From the NCBI RefSeq assembly GCF_009914755.1, contig NC_060947.1: a stretch of DNA of 64,000 nt. One strand, given 5' to 3'. This stretch comes from the human T2T-CHM13v2.0 reference genome, Homo sapiens. Below are positions 1 through 14,380 of this stretch, one piece after another (the first letter of the stretch is position 1; each line of letters opens with the position of its first letter). The position numbers and the translations under genes are program-made. The notes under the pieces were generated by a model. The model was given only the letters and a program-made list of their open reading frames with translations, was not told where the DNA came from and did no database searches.

Positions 1-571
1 CCATCCACATCCTGATAGATGGTGGTATGTTAACAGTTCAGTCGCCCCCGGCTCTGCTGCATGAGGCACCTGCCCTCCGCTGGTGGGGGCCAAAGGCCAG
101 TGTGACAGCCTTTCTGGGTACCTGCACTCAGTGGGTCCCAAGCTCTTGTGCAGCATCCAAGAAGAACGAGCATATACTGACAATCAAAGAGGGAGCAAGG
201 TGGGGAGTTTTATTGAGTGATGATATGGCTTTCTGCTGAGAGGAGATGCGGGGGCTGTCACCCTACTCGAAGGCAGGAATATCCCCCCAATTTGGGTGAG
301 CCTGGGATTTTATGGGCTCAGAACAGGGAAGGGGCAGGCCATAGGTAGTATTGGAAAAGGCAACATTCGATTGGTTAAAAGGCATCATTCAGAAATAGTC
401 AGGAAAGGGTGGGCTAAAAAGGAACAGAAGGTCTTACTCTGGGTCTTGGGTTTCATCTGGGGCCAGCAGTCTGGTCTTTCAGCTTTCAGGCTGATTTTGT
501 CTTGAAGGTGGGGTGTCACCAGGGACTCATCTCTAGCTGCCTAGGCATTTGGCTGCCTCATGTCTCTACCA
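1..571 (-). mobile_element. ERV1-class LTR (MER52/LTR27/LTR1-like), runs off the window start
   Basis: Reverse strand begins TGGTAGAGACATGAGGCAGCCAAATGCCTAGGCAG...CAGCCTGAAAGCTGAAAGACCAGACTGCTGG, with CCAAT and AATAAA-type motifs, as recalled for this LTR group. Confidence 0.7.
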
Positions 572-574
572 ACA

Positions 575-1871
575 TTTCAGTTTTAAAATATCATTTACAC
601 TCATTATTATTTTAAAATTGTGGTAGTTTTTAGACCTGTCATGAGATTGCTCACTATTTCTCCTTGCACAGTATTACAAAGGTTATAGCACAGCTATCTG
701 CACTGGAAGAGATCAACATGGTTTGTGAACAGTGAAAAAAACTTAGAAGTAGTTTTTTACTCAAATGCTGTGATATGTTTTTGAAGGAGTTCATCAAGGA
801 ATGGGCATCCTCAACATTCACTTTCACTATGTAACTAGATAAAACAATAGACACCTCTCAATGTAACCAACAGCTTGTTTTTGTTCACAATGGGCATACT
901 GACACCTTTAAAAAGAGAAATTGCATTTTTTGAGTGGTCCCTTTTGGATATTGCAAGGGCTGATGATGTTTAGAAACGGTAAAAAGTTATTTTGCCGAAT
1001 AAATATTTGACTAAGAAAAAAAATCGTCATACTCTTTGCACAGATGGAGCTTCTACAATGACTGGCAATACATCTGCTTTTGCTACTTCAGTGAAAAAAA
1101 ATCATCTTATGTCATTGTCACATGCTGCTTTTTACAGAGACATGCACTGGCAACAAAAGCTTTTGCAACAAACCTGAAAGGAGTTTTGTCAAGAGCCATA
1201 AATGTTATCAATAAAATCAGATGTAGATCTCTGAGTCACCTTATTTAAATTTTTAAAAAGTAATAATATATTCATCTCTACCATATGGAAATTCAATGGC
1301 TTTCAAGACAAGCCTTGCTGTTCTGGCTCAAATTACATGCAGAAATTTTACCTTTTTGGAAAAAAAATTACTCTTGGATCACTTTGGAAGAATGCATTTT
1401 ATCTATTGGTTGATTTACCTGACAGGTATTTTTAACCAAATGAATGAGATAAATCATTAAAAATTCTGAAGTCACCATATGGACGCTTCTGAAAATTTTC
1501 AAGCTTTCTTGACTAAGCTGCCAAAAACGAAATGTAGAGTCAGAAGTACTTGTGAACTTCACATTCTGAGGGAAATATTTTAACATAATTGAAAGGTTTT
1601 ATATAATGTTCCATCAATTTATTTGAAAAGAGAAGTTTACAAAGACTAGAAACACATCAGAACGTTTTCAAAAGGTATTTCTGCATTGATAGCACTATAG
1701 ATGAATCATAGATTCGCAATCCTTTCTTCTGATATAAACTGTGTGAAAGATGTTGAACTAGCCAAAGAGGAACCCATTGATGTTAGAAAGAACTTTTTAC
1801 AATTAGAATTTTACTCAAGAAGCCCTGGACAATCCTAATGTTCATTGTGACAAACCAGTCCTTGCATTCTA

Positions 1872-1918
<47 letters not shown>

Positions 1919-2270
1919 GCTTTAATTTCATGTTCAATAATATATCTTTGCAGATAGATATTTTCTGCTCTTGTAACCATCAAAATAAAAATTAAAATTA
2001 AAATCAATTAGATGTTCATCATAAAGTATGTGACTCCACATGTTAATGGTCTTATTCAAGCTAAGCAGCATCTACTATCACAGGAAAATGTTAAAAAATA
2101 ATCTTAACTCACTTGTATTTAATATATATTATTTTGTTATTGATGCATTAATGTGTATATTACTATATAACTATAGTTTTTAATATTTTGTAAGTAATTC
2201 AATATAATTTTTCTTTGAAATCTTATCTATTTTTTAATCTATTACAAACACTAATCTGAGAATTCATATG
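575..2270 (+). mobile_element. Decayed hAT (Charlie-type) DNA transposon with transposase remnant
   Basis: ORF 992-1177 has LCTDGASTMTG (hAT catalytic D motif TDGAxxMxG); ORF 1036-1248 has VTCCFLQRHALATK (CxxH-derived); Charlie/ZBED5-like C-terminus ending KQ..SH-like near 2060-2085; many stops and frameshifts. Confidence 0.8.
1877..1914. repeat. (AT)19 microsatellite
   Basis: Pure AT run inside the hAT remnant. Confidence 0.97.
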
Positions 2271-2280
2271 CTTTACTTGA

Positions 2281-2470
2281 CAGCTGTATCCAAACCTTTG
2301 AATGCAAGGACTTTTTTGCTTATCTGTGGTGGTGGATATCACAAAAATTATACGCGGACCTTTATTTTTTAGCTCACCAGTTATTGTTAGTGTTAGTGTA
2401 TTTTATGTGTCGTCCAACACAATTCTTCTTGACATATGGCCCAGGGAAGCCAAAACATTGGACACGCATG
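2281..2470 (-). mobile_element. MER30B-like hAT MITE
   Basis: Degenerate TIRs CAGCTGTATCCAA...TTGGACACGCATG; body GGCCCAGGGAAGCCAAAA and GTTAGTGTTAGTGTATTTTATGTG match the MER30 family. Confidence 0.85.
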
Positions 2471-2530
2471 CTTTAACAGATTGTTATGGCTCAGAAATGG
2501 TTAAGAATGCCCATCTCCTCTCCACCATTT

Positions 2531-2788
2531 TATATGTGTGTGTGTGTGTGTACATATATATATAAATATATGTATATACACATATATATGTATATATATA
2601 CGTATATACACATATATATGTATATATACACGTATATATACACACGTGTATATATACGTATATATACACGTGTGTATATATACGTGTATATATACATATG
2701 TGTATATATATACGTGTATATATATGTATATGTGTGTGTTTGTGTGTGTGTGCGTGTGTGTGTGTGTATATATATATATATGTATATG
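2531..2788. repeat. Compound alternating purine-pyrimidine microsatellite (TG/TA/CA/CG)
   Basis: Seen directly; source of the spurious Y/I/V/C-rich ORFs at 2484-2912. Confidence 0.97.
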
Positions 2789-3734
2789 GTTTTCTGGCCT
2801 CCAATTGATAGGTTATATATTCACTTGATTTAATACAAAACCCGCTTACCAATATTCTGAACACTGAGCAAAAATGTAGATCACTCCCTATATTGACTAC
2901 AATTTTTTCCATCCATACTTCAATGCATTTACAGAAAATAATGAAATACAGATGTATACTTAGATATTAAATATTTTCAAGTCACAATTTTCACCAGCAT
3001 CAATTGGTAATAGGTATTGGCTAGAGTTCATAGGCATTCTTGTATTGTTAGTCTGTCCAGTACAGGGATTTAATACTTATTTTTTGTCTGCATACTGTTA
3101 ATTTTTTTCCAAATGAATTCTGTGGCATGACCTTGAACAAAATCTTAATCTTATGTCCACAAGTTTATTCCAGTTGCTCTTGTTGCTCTTGAACTGCACC
3201 ACAGTAACCTGCGAGTCGTCAAGTCCATTTGTCTGTAAATTGACTAAATTAAACATCTCAAATCCAATTTACCCGATCCTTCTACCATCAAGGGAGAAAA
3301 TGATGCTGTCTGTCAGTTAAAATGAAATGGGCTTAAAATGACAACCAAAAGGAAATGAAAAGAACAAAAAAATGAAAAAAAACAATTCCTTAAGGAATTC
3401 AGTGGCATTACTCTCTATTGCTAAAGATAAGATATGCAGATTACAAAATAAAAAGAATAATTAAAAAGCCATATAAAATAGCTTCACTCTGAATGCATTA
3501 TACCGTTTCTGATAAAGTGAAGGAAAAGTTAAAATAGGGAGGCTTCATTCTCTCAACTGCAGTCATGCCTATGATAAAATCTAAGAATCCTATGTATGAC
3601 TCTCTTTTGTCTTTCCCGTGAAGCTTTTAATTGACCATTATGTTTCTGACAATATACCTTTTCTCTTTTCAATCCATTTGTTCAATTTAAACTCTACTTG
3701 ACTCCATTGTTACCCTTAGCCACTATTCCCAGAG

Positions 3735-3928
3735 CAGTTCTTAAAGCGTAGTTCCTGGAATGAAAACAGCAGCATCACTTAAGAACTATTTAGTAATACA
3801 AACTCTTGGGCCTCACCCCAGACTTACTTGTTCAATAACTCTGGGGGACAGAGCTTATCCACCTCTGTTTTAGGAATATCTGTTTTAATTCGATAATTCT
3901 TATGCATGCTAAAGTGGAAGAACCACTG
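3735..3928. mobile_element. MER5A-like hAT MITE
   Basis: CAGTTCTTAAAG...CAGCAGCATCAC...GGGCCTCACCCCAGAC...GCTAAAGTGGAAGAACCACTG. Confidence 0.8.
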
Positions 3929-3939
3929 GTAGGAAAATG

Positions 3940-4270
3940 AAATCCAGCTTTAATTTTGAGTTGTATTCCAACAATTTACCATCTGTGTATGTGACCTTTT
4001 GCAGATTTCAAAACCTCTCCGGGTTTCAGGTTCACCATTTGTAAACTGGATATTTTAAATACCTATTGTCTGAGAGCCATGAAGGTTAATAAACTACTTC
4101 CTCACTTCTTCGAGTCCCAGTTTTCTCAGATAGATGTATAATCAAGATAATATTACATACCTCCAAGAGCTGTAAACATTAGTAAGTACTAATACTAATA
4201 ACATAGCTTCTAGCACTGTGTGGAACATATTTAACAGAAGATGAATGTTAATTTAATGCACTTGCACATA
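3940..4270 (+). mobile_element. MIR fragments
   Basis: Core TGTGACCTT...AACCTCTC...CAGGTTCACCATTTGTAAACTGG, followed by a second degenerate core. Confidence 0.6.
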
Positions 4271-4486
4271 GCAGTTATTGGACACAAATCAATAAATTTC
4301 AACTGACTTTTTTCTGAAGTATCAGTTGACATAAATATCAAATTCTGATGTAGATTTTCCTGGGCTGCCCATTTTGTTTCTTTTTAAAATTCAGCCAATA
4401 TCTACTTGTTGTAGAAGTATATTTTGCTTTCTTTAGAGTAACAACTGAAAAATATTCTACTTATTTGAATTTTAAGTATATATGAT

Positions 4487-5040
<554 letters not shown>

Positions 5041-5571
5041 ATTTGTGATTACTTTTGAGAAAACACATTTAGAGTTGCAATTTAGAATCTCCTTAAAATG
5101 ACCTATCATTTTCAATTGTTACTGCTGTGTGTTCACGGCACAATCACTGATTATGTTGAACTATTTAGAAACATTGTTATGTAATTGTAGCCTATAATTT
5201 CTCAGAAATGTTTTGTAATTTTTCATTAATGAACACCTTCTACATAGAGCTCAAGGTAATTCATACATTATATTTTCTTTATAGACTTTCTTTTCCCCCA
5301 TGAGCATCATAGAACATAAAGGTAATTCAGATTTTTTTTTCCAAAAATTGTGTATAGGCCTCTATAACAACAGTTTTTTCTTCTTAATGTCAAATAATTC
5401 CCAATTTCTTTAAAAAGTTCCTTCTCAAGTTATTCATCCATAATGTTTTCCAATGTCTTGCTTAGGGGTTTGATAAAGATTTGAATAATATGACATTTTA
5501 TGAAAATAACTGGGTAGCTTTCAGATTAATGTAATAAAACATGAAAACATATAAACTGTATGTTTCTCAAG

Positions 5572-5730
5572 AGACACGGTGAAAAGAGCACTGGTCATAG
5601 AATCAAGAAGCACATGAGCCCTGACAGCAAATGTATTTGTAACCTTGGGAAAGTTTTTTAACCAATATTAAAACTTCTTACCTGTTAAATTGGTTGATGT
5701 GAAGATAAGATCATGTAATGTGAATATAAA
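5572..5730 (+). mobile_element. MIR fragment
   Basis: GTGAAAAGAGCACTGG...TGTAACCTTGGGAAAGTT...TAACC. Confidence 0.55.
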
Positions 5731-6599
5731 GTCTGTATGAATGCATCAATTTGTTTCAGATGTTATTTGTCTTACATTAAATTATGCTTACAGAACTCTA
5801 ACAAATGTACTCATGCTTTTCTGAAAGTATATATATATATATATATATATATCTCTCCAAATTTGCATCAAAATTCCTTGTTAAAAGAGATCCTAAATAG
5901 AAAGGCTAAGACACTTTTGTTTTTATTTGATACTACAAAATTAAGGCCAAAACTAGAGAAAACAGAAGCGTATGCAATTTATGACATGATAAATTATGAT
6001 GTATTAAATCTAACAATTTACAATAGCTTCAATTTTTTCATTATTGATTTGACTATGTGATAGTACATGCATAGAGCAATATATATACTTTTGCGTACTT
6101 GTGGATGCATCAATATGTTTAAAGCATTTCACAATTTTTCATAGTTATCATCCAATAAGGATATTCAAATTATCTGCAACATTATAATTCTACTTGAACT
6201 CATTAAGTTCAGGGAAAGACAAGATGAGAAACAAAAAAAATTAGTACTAAGCTTGAATGTACTTCCCACAGAAGGCAAAAAAGGAAGAATTCAGCACAAC
6301 AAACATAGATCTTCTGAAAATAATAGGGATGTACTTAATAAAAAATGAGATGACCTATATAAGATACAACTTCCAGATATGCATAAAGATTTGTTTATAT
6401 AGGGAAACTAAACTTATACTTGGCTGGGAAGAGTCAATAGTTTCAAACTATCTATCCCTAAATTAATAATAAAATTTAACCAATTTGGTAGTCCATATTT
6501 ACAAATAAAGCTTAAAAATGATAGTAATATCTTCTTCATAGGTGATATGTGGAATCAATACAACGTGCTGTAGAATAATCATGTAGGAACTCAGCCATT

Positions 6600-7300
6600 T
6601 TTGAGAAATATCCATAGATATTTGTGCCTGATATATGATATGTGAGGAGCCATTTAGGTAAAAGGATGCTCATTATAGTAATCATGTAGTGAAAAATTAG
6701 AGCTATCAGAAATGTTCAATGATAAGAGGTTGGTTAGATACCTTGGGTTACACTGATATAAGCATTATATATCTTTTAAAATATTATGCCATAGAATACA
6801 ATTTTGACATAGTAATGCTGCCATATTAGTACTGACAACTCATATTTTTCCAGAGCTTTTTCACATACCAGGCACTGTTAGAAGTACCTCCTATATGATA
6901 ATGAATTTAATGTTTGTGAAAGCTTTATGCGATAGGTATGATCATTATTCTTCCTATTTTACAGATGAAGAAACTGAGGCACCGAGAGGTTCTTATATCA
7001 CATAACCAAGTTGATAAAACTATTGAGTGGAAGAGCCTAGTAGTCTAGTTCCAGAGTCTTTACTCATATTTTAAGGCATGTAAAAGGACAATTCAAAATA
7101 ACACTCCATGTACAGCGTGATTCCAAATATGTATAGTAATTAGGTGAATACACATACAGAATTATATACATAAATATATTTAGGAAAAAAATTGAAAATT
7201 ATAAAGCAATATTTTAAGAGACATTAGGAATGACTTTTTTAAAAGTTTGTGAGCTTTTTTATTTTCCAAATTTCCTGTGGTTAGCCTATACTTCATTGGA
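6600..7300. mobile_element. Old L1ME-like 3' fragment (+) interrupted by MIR (-, ~6830-7070)
   Basis: MIR core ATTTTACAGATGAAGAAACTGAGGCACCGAGAGGTT; flanks resemble an L1M 3' end (AAATGTTCAATGATAAGAGGTTGGTTA). Confidence 0.55.
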
Positions 7301-10055
7301 GATCATTTTTTGAAATACTAAAACAGAAACTTTGTAAATAAGCCAATACCTTAGTAACACAGGACTTGTCACCAAGTAAATCATTAAATAATAGGTCATC
7401 TTAATAAGATAGTTTCAGCAACAGTTTATGAGAATCCAATTGCATTCATTACATATAAATATTTGTTAAAGTGCGGATGAGAGGAGACAAAAATGGGCAT
7501 GCTGTGAAAATGGCATGCTTGACATATAAAAGTGACATGGGGTAGACACAAAAGTGTACCAGAGGAAAAGAAATTAGAAAAGAGAGATAAATCATGATTT
7601 TTACGATAATGTGAAGTGAGAAGCTTAAATTTAATCATTAGTTTGCAGACAAAAAAAACTGAATAAACTAAATTTTAAAATGGAACATTTGTCACTCTAT
7701 GTAATAGATTTACTTCAAAACTGATTTTAATTTCTACATGTCAATTATGTTTTCATTTTCTTTTACTTAAGTTAAACTCGACATTTATTCATTTCTGGAC
7801 TTGTGGGAAAAAAATCCCCAAACTTAAAAAAAAAAATCAACAAAAAAAAGCGACAGCAATAGTTACAAAATGCAATATTTTGTTAGAAAATACCAGCTGT
7901 GAATGTTATGGACAGGATTCCTACAGTATGAGGTAATTGGACTAAATGACCCTAAAGCGTCATCTAAGTTGGAAACACTGTGATTATAATTATAAGCAAG
8001 AAAAGAAATGATAACCATAAGACTAATACTGATAGTGACACTAAAACTAATATTAATACCAATGAAAGGTCAATACTAACACCAATGCAAATATTTATAT
8101 TAAATCCACTATCAATTCTAATTAATATTAATATTAAGCAAGCAACCATCATGCATGACATTGAGTTTTGCATGAATTTCTATTAAATCCTCACGACAAT
8201 GTTATAAAGAATATATTATTATATTTATAAATAAGAAAAATGAAAGTCTATATAATTAAGTAACTTGTCTGATGTATGACAGTTAGAAAGTGAATGTCTC
8301 AAGATTGTCTGTCCATTTTCAGAAACTATGCTTCCCCAACCAAATATTAGTTTGGCTTGGGTCTTTCAACACAGAATCACTGTCATGCTAAGCCATCTGA
8401 AATTATAACTTACCTTGTATTATACTAACAATAACTTCATCAAATTTTATGAAAAGTTTTAATCCTCTTTTACTGCTTTTACTAGAGCTATGATTTTCCC
8501 CCAGATTCATTCTACAATTTCCTATTAGCAATTTCAAAATCAGATAAAATAAAAACATATTTTGAATAAAGTATTTCTTTGGCCCATAGGAAAGACTAAA
8601 AGTTAATTTTCTACTAGCACTGTGGCAAACACAATGAACTGTTGATGTTCAGTGGCATTTCACTAATATGGTTTTGTCTCCAGAGTTTCTGCTTCTTCAC
8701 TACTAATTACTATTTTTTTACTCCACAATTTCTTTTGTTTTATTGTGCTATTCTTACTAAATTCTTTCCTAGTGTTAATGCATTTGAAAATACTATCATA
8801 AAATTTTATATGCCAATAGTAATAAAAAATTATTGATGGGCTGGTTAATGGAAATCAATTATTAATAAGTAAGTGAGTAGCCTGAGCATGTCTATTAAAG
8901 ATCAAATTGCTTTATTTTTTAATTGCTTTTCAAAATTCATTTGATTCCTTAGATAGAGATCAAACTGTGTAGAAAACAAGGCTTACACATTACTCTTTAT
9001 GACTTTAATACCAGCATTTATCACACTTTAAAATAAAATTGTTAAGATGGGCTTATGCGTAAGTATTCTTTGCCATAACCAGTTGATATTTCTGAAATAA
9101 CAATCAGTGAGAACGAACTGTCTTCATTCAAGGGAACTAGGTAGCTCTAAGTAGGACACATTATCTTTCCTGCTCACAGCTCCATGTGACCAATAATAGC
9201 TATTTGACTAGACAGTTGTTAAGGGTTCTGTGTGCAGATTCTGTCATGAAAAGGGCAAATCCAATTGATCCACCTGGGGACTGATGGGTTAACAGTGCTC
9301 TCAATAGTATGAAGTGGAAAAACTGAACTAACTAGACAGAGACTAAAAGCAATTTTCTATTCCTCTTAGAAGGAGTATGCATATATATGGCCATTTAAGC
9401 CCTGCTGTTTTTCTTCTACTTAATACATGTATTTAAACACTTTATCTTATTCATAAATTACAGATGTTTTTTATATATTCTTAATTTTCACTACCTTCAA
9501 ATCAAGTTTGATATTAGAACAGTGCTTTTGAACAATGTATTTCTGATTTAGTTACTTCCCCACACTAAAAAAGTAAAACTGAAGGAACACATTTAAAAAT
9601 AGAAAAAAAAAGTATAAAATTTAAAATACCGGAAAGACTTTAACCCAAAATATTTACACTCTACAACACTAAAACCTCTCTTTTGTTTTTGAAGATCTCC
9701 TTGAAACAAGGACTGACCCAGCCCTTATATTAGTTGATATTCCTGAAATGCTCAAATTACTTGCTAAGATTTAAAGAAAAAAAATATCTCAGTCCATACC
9801 CCAACCTATGACCCCAGCCAGGACAATTAGCCTGTCTGTTCTGCCATTTTCCCATCTCTGAAATGGGAATGATAATAGTGAATTGGTACTTGGAATTATT
9901 GTGAAAAATTACTGCAAACCATTTGGAAAAATACAAAGTGCTACCCAAATTATTGCTAATTATAATAATCACACTACATGTGAGTGTCCTATGCACAAAA
10001 TCATAAGCTCAGAAATGTAAGTAAATTATTGAGAAACTCTACTAAAAAAATTACT

Positions 10056-10369
<314 letters not shown>

Positions 10370-11524
10370 TTAGTTTTTTAGAAGGCATGGATCAGCAGAA
10401 ATAGTGATACGCTGACCACAGAGAGAGCTGTAGTAATTAGTACAAACCTCAAAGCCTGTTGAAAAATATTAACGTCAATATAAATCATAGTGGGAGAATG
10501 TAGGTTTGTCTTCCTCATTTGATACAGTCTGATATTTTTACCATTCTTAAATATGTGATTAGGGTCTATAATTGTCTTTATTTCTGTGCCCATTTCCTTC
10601 TTACTGTAATAGCTTTAGTGACTCTTCTTTCCCTTTCTCTATTCCCCAAATGAAGCAAACTACGTGAAGTCCTGTGAGTCTCAATAACTGAGTTGTGGGA
10701 GGTGACATAGGTTCTGCTCCATTCCCAAAGTAAGAACTCTTCAGATCCCACACTTTATTCTCATGGACACACTATCGACTGATAGCCTACTTGCTTCTTT
10801 TATCAACAAGATGACTCTCCTTTTTTCCTTCAGTGTTACAGAGAGGCTGGGTTGGGAAACAGTGATTGAAACCAAGTCACACTTTTGTAGATGACTCTGA
10901 GTCCTGGAGCTCCCCATCAAGACTTTGTAGGAGTATACCATAAAGGAACAACAAAAAAAGTTATCTTCTAGACATCTGCATAGGTTACACATTAATAGTA
11001 TCAGCTGTTTCATTTTCAGAGTCTAAACATGCTTGTAACTATAAAGCACTGGAATATCAATTGAAGTGAAAGAATTTCACTGCCAACTGTCATCTTCTGC
11101 TATTTTAATAAGATAACATTTCAGGATGCACAAACAAGCAAAAACTGTAGTGGATTCATTCTCTTTTGTGAGCTGTAATGAAAACACCAATGTGCTTCAA
11201 GAACCACTGAGTTAATAATAAAAAGGGAACAAGTATTTCTGTCCTTGTTATAAAGGCCAAGTACTAATTGCCATTATTATTATACGTGCTTATAGTTTCT
11301 TTTTAACAGCATTATTGAAGTAAACTGCACATACCATAGAACTCACCCTTTTAAATTATGCAATTCAGTGGTTTTAGTATATTCATGAAGTTGTGCATTA
11401 ATAATCACAATCTAACTTCAAAATATTTCTGTCACCCCAAAATAAACCTCACGTGCTTTAGCAGTCATTCCCTATTTCTTCCTCTTGGCAGCCCCTGGCA
11501 ACCACTAACATATTTTCTGTCTTT

Positions 11525-11528
11525 ATTT

Positions 11529-11563
<35 letters not shown>

Positions 11564-11838
11564 TTGAGATGGAGTCTCGCTCTCTGGAGTGCAGTGGCGC
11601 TATCTCGGCTCACTGCAACCTCCGCCTCCCAGGTTCATGACATGCTCCTGCCTCAGCCTCCTGAGCAGCTGGGGCTACAGGCGCCTACCACCACGCCCAG
11701 CTAATTTTTTTTGTATTTTTAGTAGAGATGGGGTTTCACTGTGTTAGCCAGGATGGTCTTGATCTCCTGACCTCGTGATCCACCCACCTCGGCCTCCCAA
11801 AGTGCTAGGATTACAAACGTGAGCCACCGTGCCCGGCC
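11525..11838 (-). mobile_element. AluY/Sc-like with ~10-bp internal deletion and (TTTA)n tail
   Basis: GTGTTAGCCAGGATGGTCTTGATCTCCTGACCTCGTGATC; TSD TTCTGTCTTTA on both sides. Confidence 0.93.
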
Positions 11839-12690
11839 TTCTGTCTTTATAAATTTTTCTATTCTAGACAATTCATATTAATGGATTCATACCATATGTA
11901 CCCCTTTATGTTTGGCTTGTATCATTTAGTATAATATTTTCAAGGTTCATCCATGTTGTAGGATGTATCAGAATGTCATTTATCTATATTGATAAATAAT
12001 AGTTCATTGTATGTATATACTTCATTTGTCTTGTCCATCTCTTGAATGATACTTGGATTGTTTCTACTTTTTGGTTATTGTGAATAATGTCACTATAAAC
12101 ATTCATATGCACCTTTTTATGCGGTCATTATATTATAACTTTTCTTGTCTGTATATCTAGGAGTAGAACTGCTGGATTATATGGTAACTCCAAGACTAAA
12201 TTTTGAGGAACTGAGAAACAGTACTCCACAGTAGTTACATTACTTTACTTTTTCAATGTCAATCCATGACAGTTCCAATATTTCCAAACTCTATTTGAAA
12301 CTTTTGTTTTAGTTTTTCCATAGCTATTCTAATAGGTGTGAAGTGATATCTAATTGTAGTTTTGATTTACATTTCTGTAATGTCTGATGATATTGAGCAT
12401 TTTATGTGCTTATTAATTCCTTGCATATCCTCTTCATAGAAATGTCTATTTAAATCCTTTGCCCATTTTTAATAGAGTTATACATTCTTTACTACTGAAT
12501 TGTAAAGGCTGTTTATATATCCTGGACAATATACCTTTTATAATTTGAAAATATACTTTTTTCATTCTGTGATTGCCTTTTCACTTCCATGATAGTGCCC
12601 ATTTAGGAAAAATTTCTTTTTAAAATGTTGAAAAGGCCCAAATTATTTTGATGTTGCTCTTTGTGCTTTCGGTGTATTATCTAAGCAGTA

Positions 12691-13075
12691 TGTCACTAGA
12701 CTGAGTCTGTCTTCACAATTTGAATTTTTATGCAACAAAGTGCAACCTAACTTACCATGTAACCAAACAGAAACTTAATTTATGAGTCCAAGTTTTGTAA
12801 TAGCTAACAGTTCCTGAGCAAACCACCAGCAGTCAAGCTCAGCCAATCACAGGCAGCCAACTGATCAGACCATATCCAAATAAGGAAACAGCCTATCCGT
12901 AACTAATCGAGCTAAATCTATACCTCATTTTTGTGTTCTGTCTATAAATATTCACTGTCCACATTACAGAGCAGAGCTCTCTGAACCTCTCTGGTTTCTG
13001 AGTGCAGCCCTAGTCACGAATCATTCTTTCCTCAAATAAACTCTGCTCAATTTGTCAAAAGTTTTTCATTTAACA
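12691..13075 (+). mobile_element. MER57-like ERV1 solo LTR
   Basis: TG...CA termini; AGCCAATCA, CCAAATAAGG (12876-12885), TATAAAT, AATAAA; interrupts the L1MB. Confidence 0.75.
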
Positions 13076-14139
13076 GTTTTATGTTTAAGAAACCATTGCT
13101 TAATCCAAAGTCATACAAATTTCCTTGCAGGTTTTCTTCTAAGAGTATTATAATTTTATCTATTATATTTAAGTCTTTGATCCATTTTGAGCTTTTTTTT
13201 ATATGCGAGGAAATAAAGGTTTAACTTCATTCTTTTACATGTGGCTGTCTAATTGTTCAGACACTATTGGTTGAAAACACTATTATTTCCTCATTTTCTC
13301 ACCTGGGTCAAAATTAGTTATACATGCAAAGGATTTTTTTAAAATATGCTCTCAATTCTGTTCTACTGATGTGTAACTCTATCTTTACACCAGTGCCACA
13401 CTCTTTTGATTTCTGTAGCTTTATAATACAATAAATAGGGAAAGGTGAATCCTCCAACTTTGTTCTTCTTTTTCAAGATGGTTTTGGCTGTTCTTGGGTT
13501 TTTGCATTTTGATGTAAGTTGAAAAATTAGCTTGTCAATTTATGTTTAAAATTATCTTAATATTTCGTTAGAAATTGTATTGAATCTACAACTCACTATG
13601 GGCAACAATGTCATCTTGATAATAATGAACATGGAATATCTCTCCACTTATACATCTTTAATTTCTATCAGCAATATTTTATAATGATCATTATGCAACT
13701 CCCGCACTGCTTTAACTATTTTATTTTCCAATGTTATTTTGATTAGAATTGTTTCATTAATTTTATTTTAGATTGTTCATTGTTAGGATATCAAAACATA
13801 GTTGAATTTTGTATACCAGTCTTACATGCACTGAGTTTGTTAAACTTGTTTGTTACTCTCTTTTCTACACACAGTCCCATGTTGTCTTGTAGGTTGCATT
13901 ATAGTGAAGGGAAAAGTGCAATAATTCTTGCACTATTCTATCAAAATAGGGGGAAAAATGGAGTCATGTATTTCAAGAAAAATTGGAGAGACATATTGCT
14001 TTTTGGAAATGCAGTATGTTCTTGTGTGTTTTGTATATGCAAAATGCATTTGCAGTTTTTCAATCAAGTTAATATTGATCATTCTTCTTATTTATATTAT
14101 CTGTCTGGCCCCTTACTTGTATTTGTGATTGGTTTATGA

Positions 14140-14380
14140 ATTTAGAGTCAGGTAACCTGCGTTCAAGTCTTGGTTCTACTACATAATAGCTATGCAACTT
14201 AAAAAAAAAACTATTGAGGTGTTAATATTCCATTTTCAGCCTCACTAAGGACAACAAAGTCATTGTCTATAAGATCAGAATATTAATACCATACATCAGA
14301 GTTATTGTGAGAACAAAATAAGATGAAATATACACTAAAATATTTTGTAAATTGAAAAGAATTATGAAAGTCATAGTTGT
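14140..14380 (+). mobile_element. MIR remnant
   Basis: TTTAGAGTCAGGTAACCTGCGTTCAAGTCTTGGTTCTAC...GTTATTGTGAGAA. Confidence 0.55.

Larger units (their letters stand above)
11297..13860 (-). mobile_element. L1MB-type element (3' end and ORF2 remnant), split by an Alu and an LTR
   Basis: Antisense 3' end ACTCACCCTTTTAAA...CAGCCCCTGGCAACCACTAA; antisense ORF2 CCTCCAACTTTGTTCTTCTTTTTCAAGAT. Confidence 0.85.

Noticed and set aside
2484-2912. 96-142 aa Tyr/Ile/Cys-rich ORFs on both strands
   Set aside because: Translations of the RY microsatellite, which has no stop codons
10834-10983. Candidate + strand exon after CTCCTTTTTTCCTTCAG
   Set aside because: No convincing donor or recognisable coding frame; such acceptors are common by chance
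12841-12950. CCAAT, CArG and TATA cluster as a host promoter
   Set aside because: Intrinsic U3 motifs of the MER57-like LTR, with no downstream gene evident
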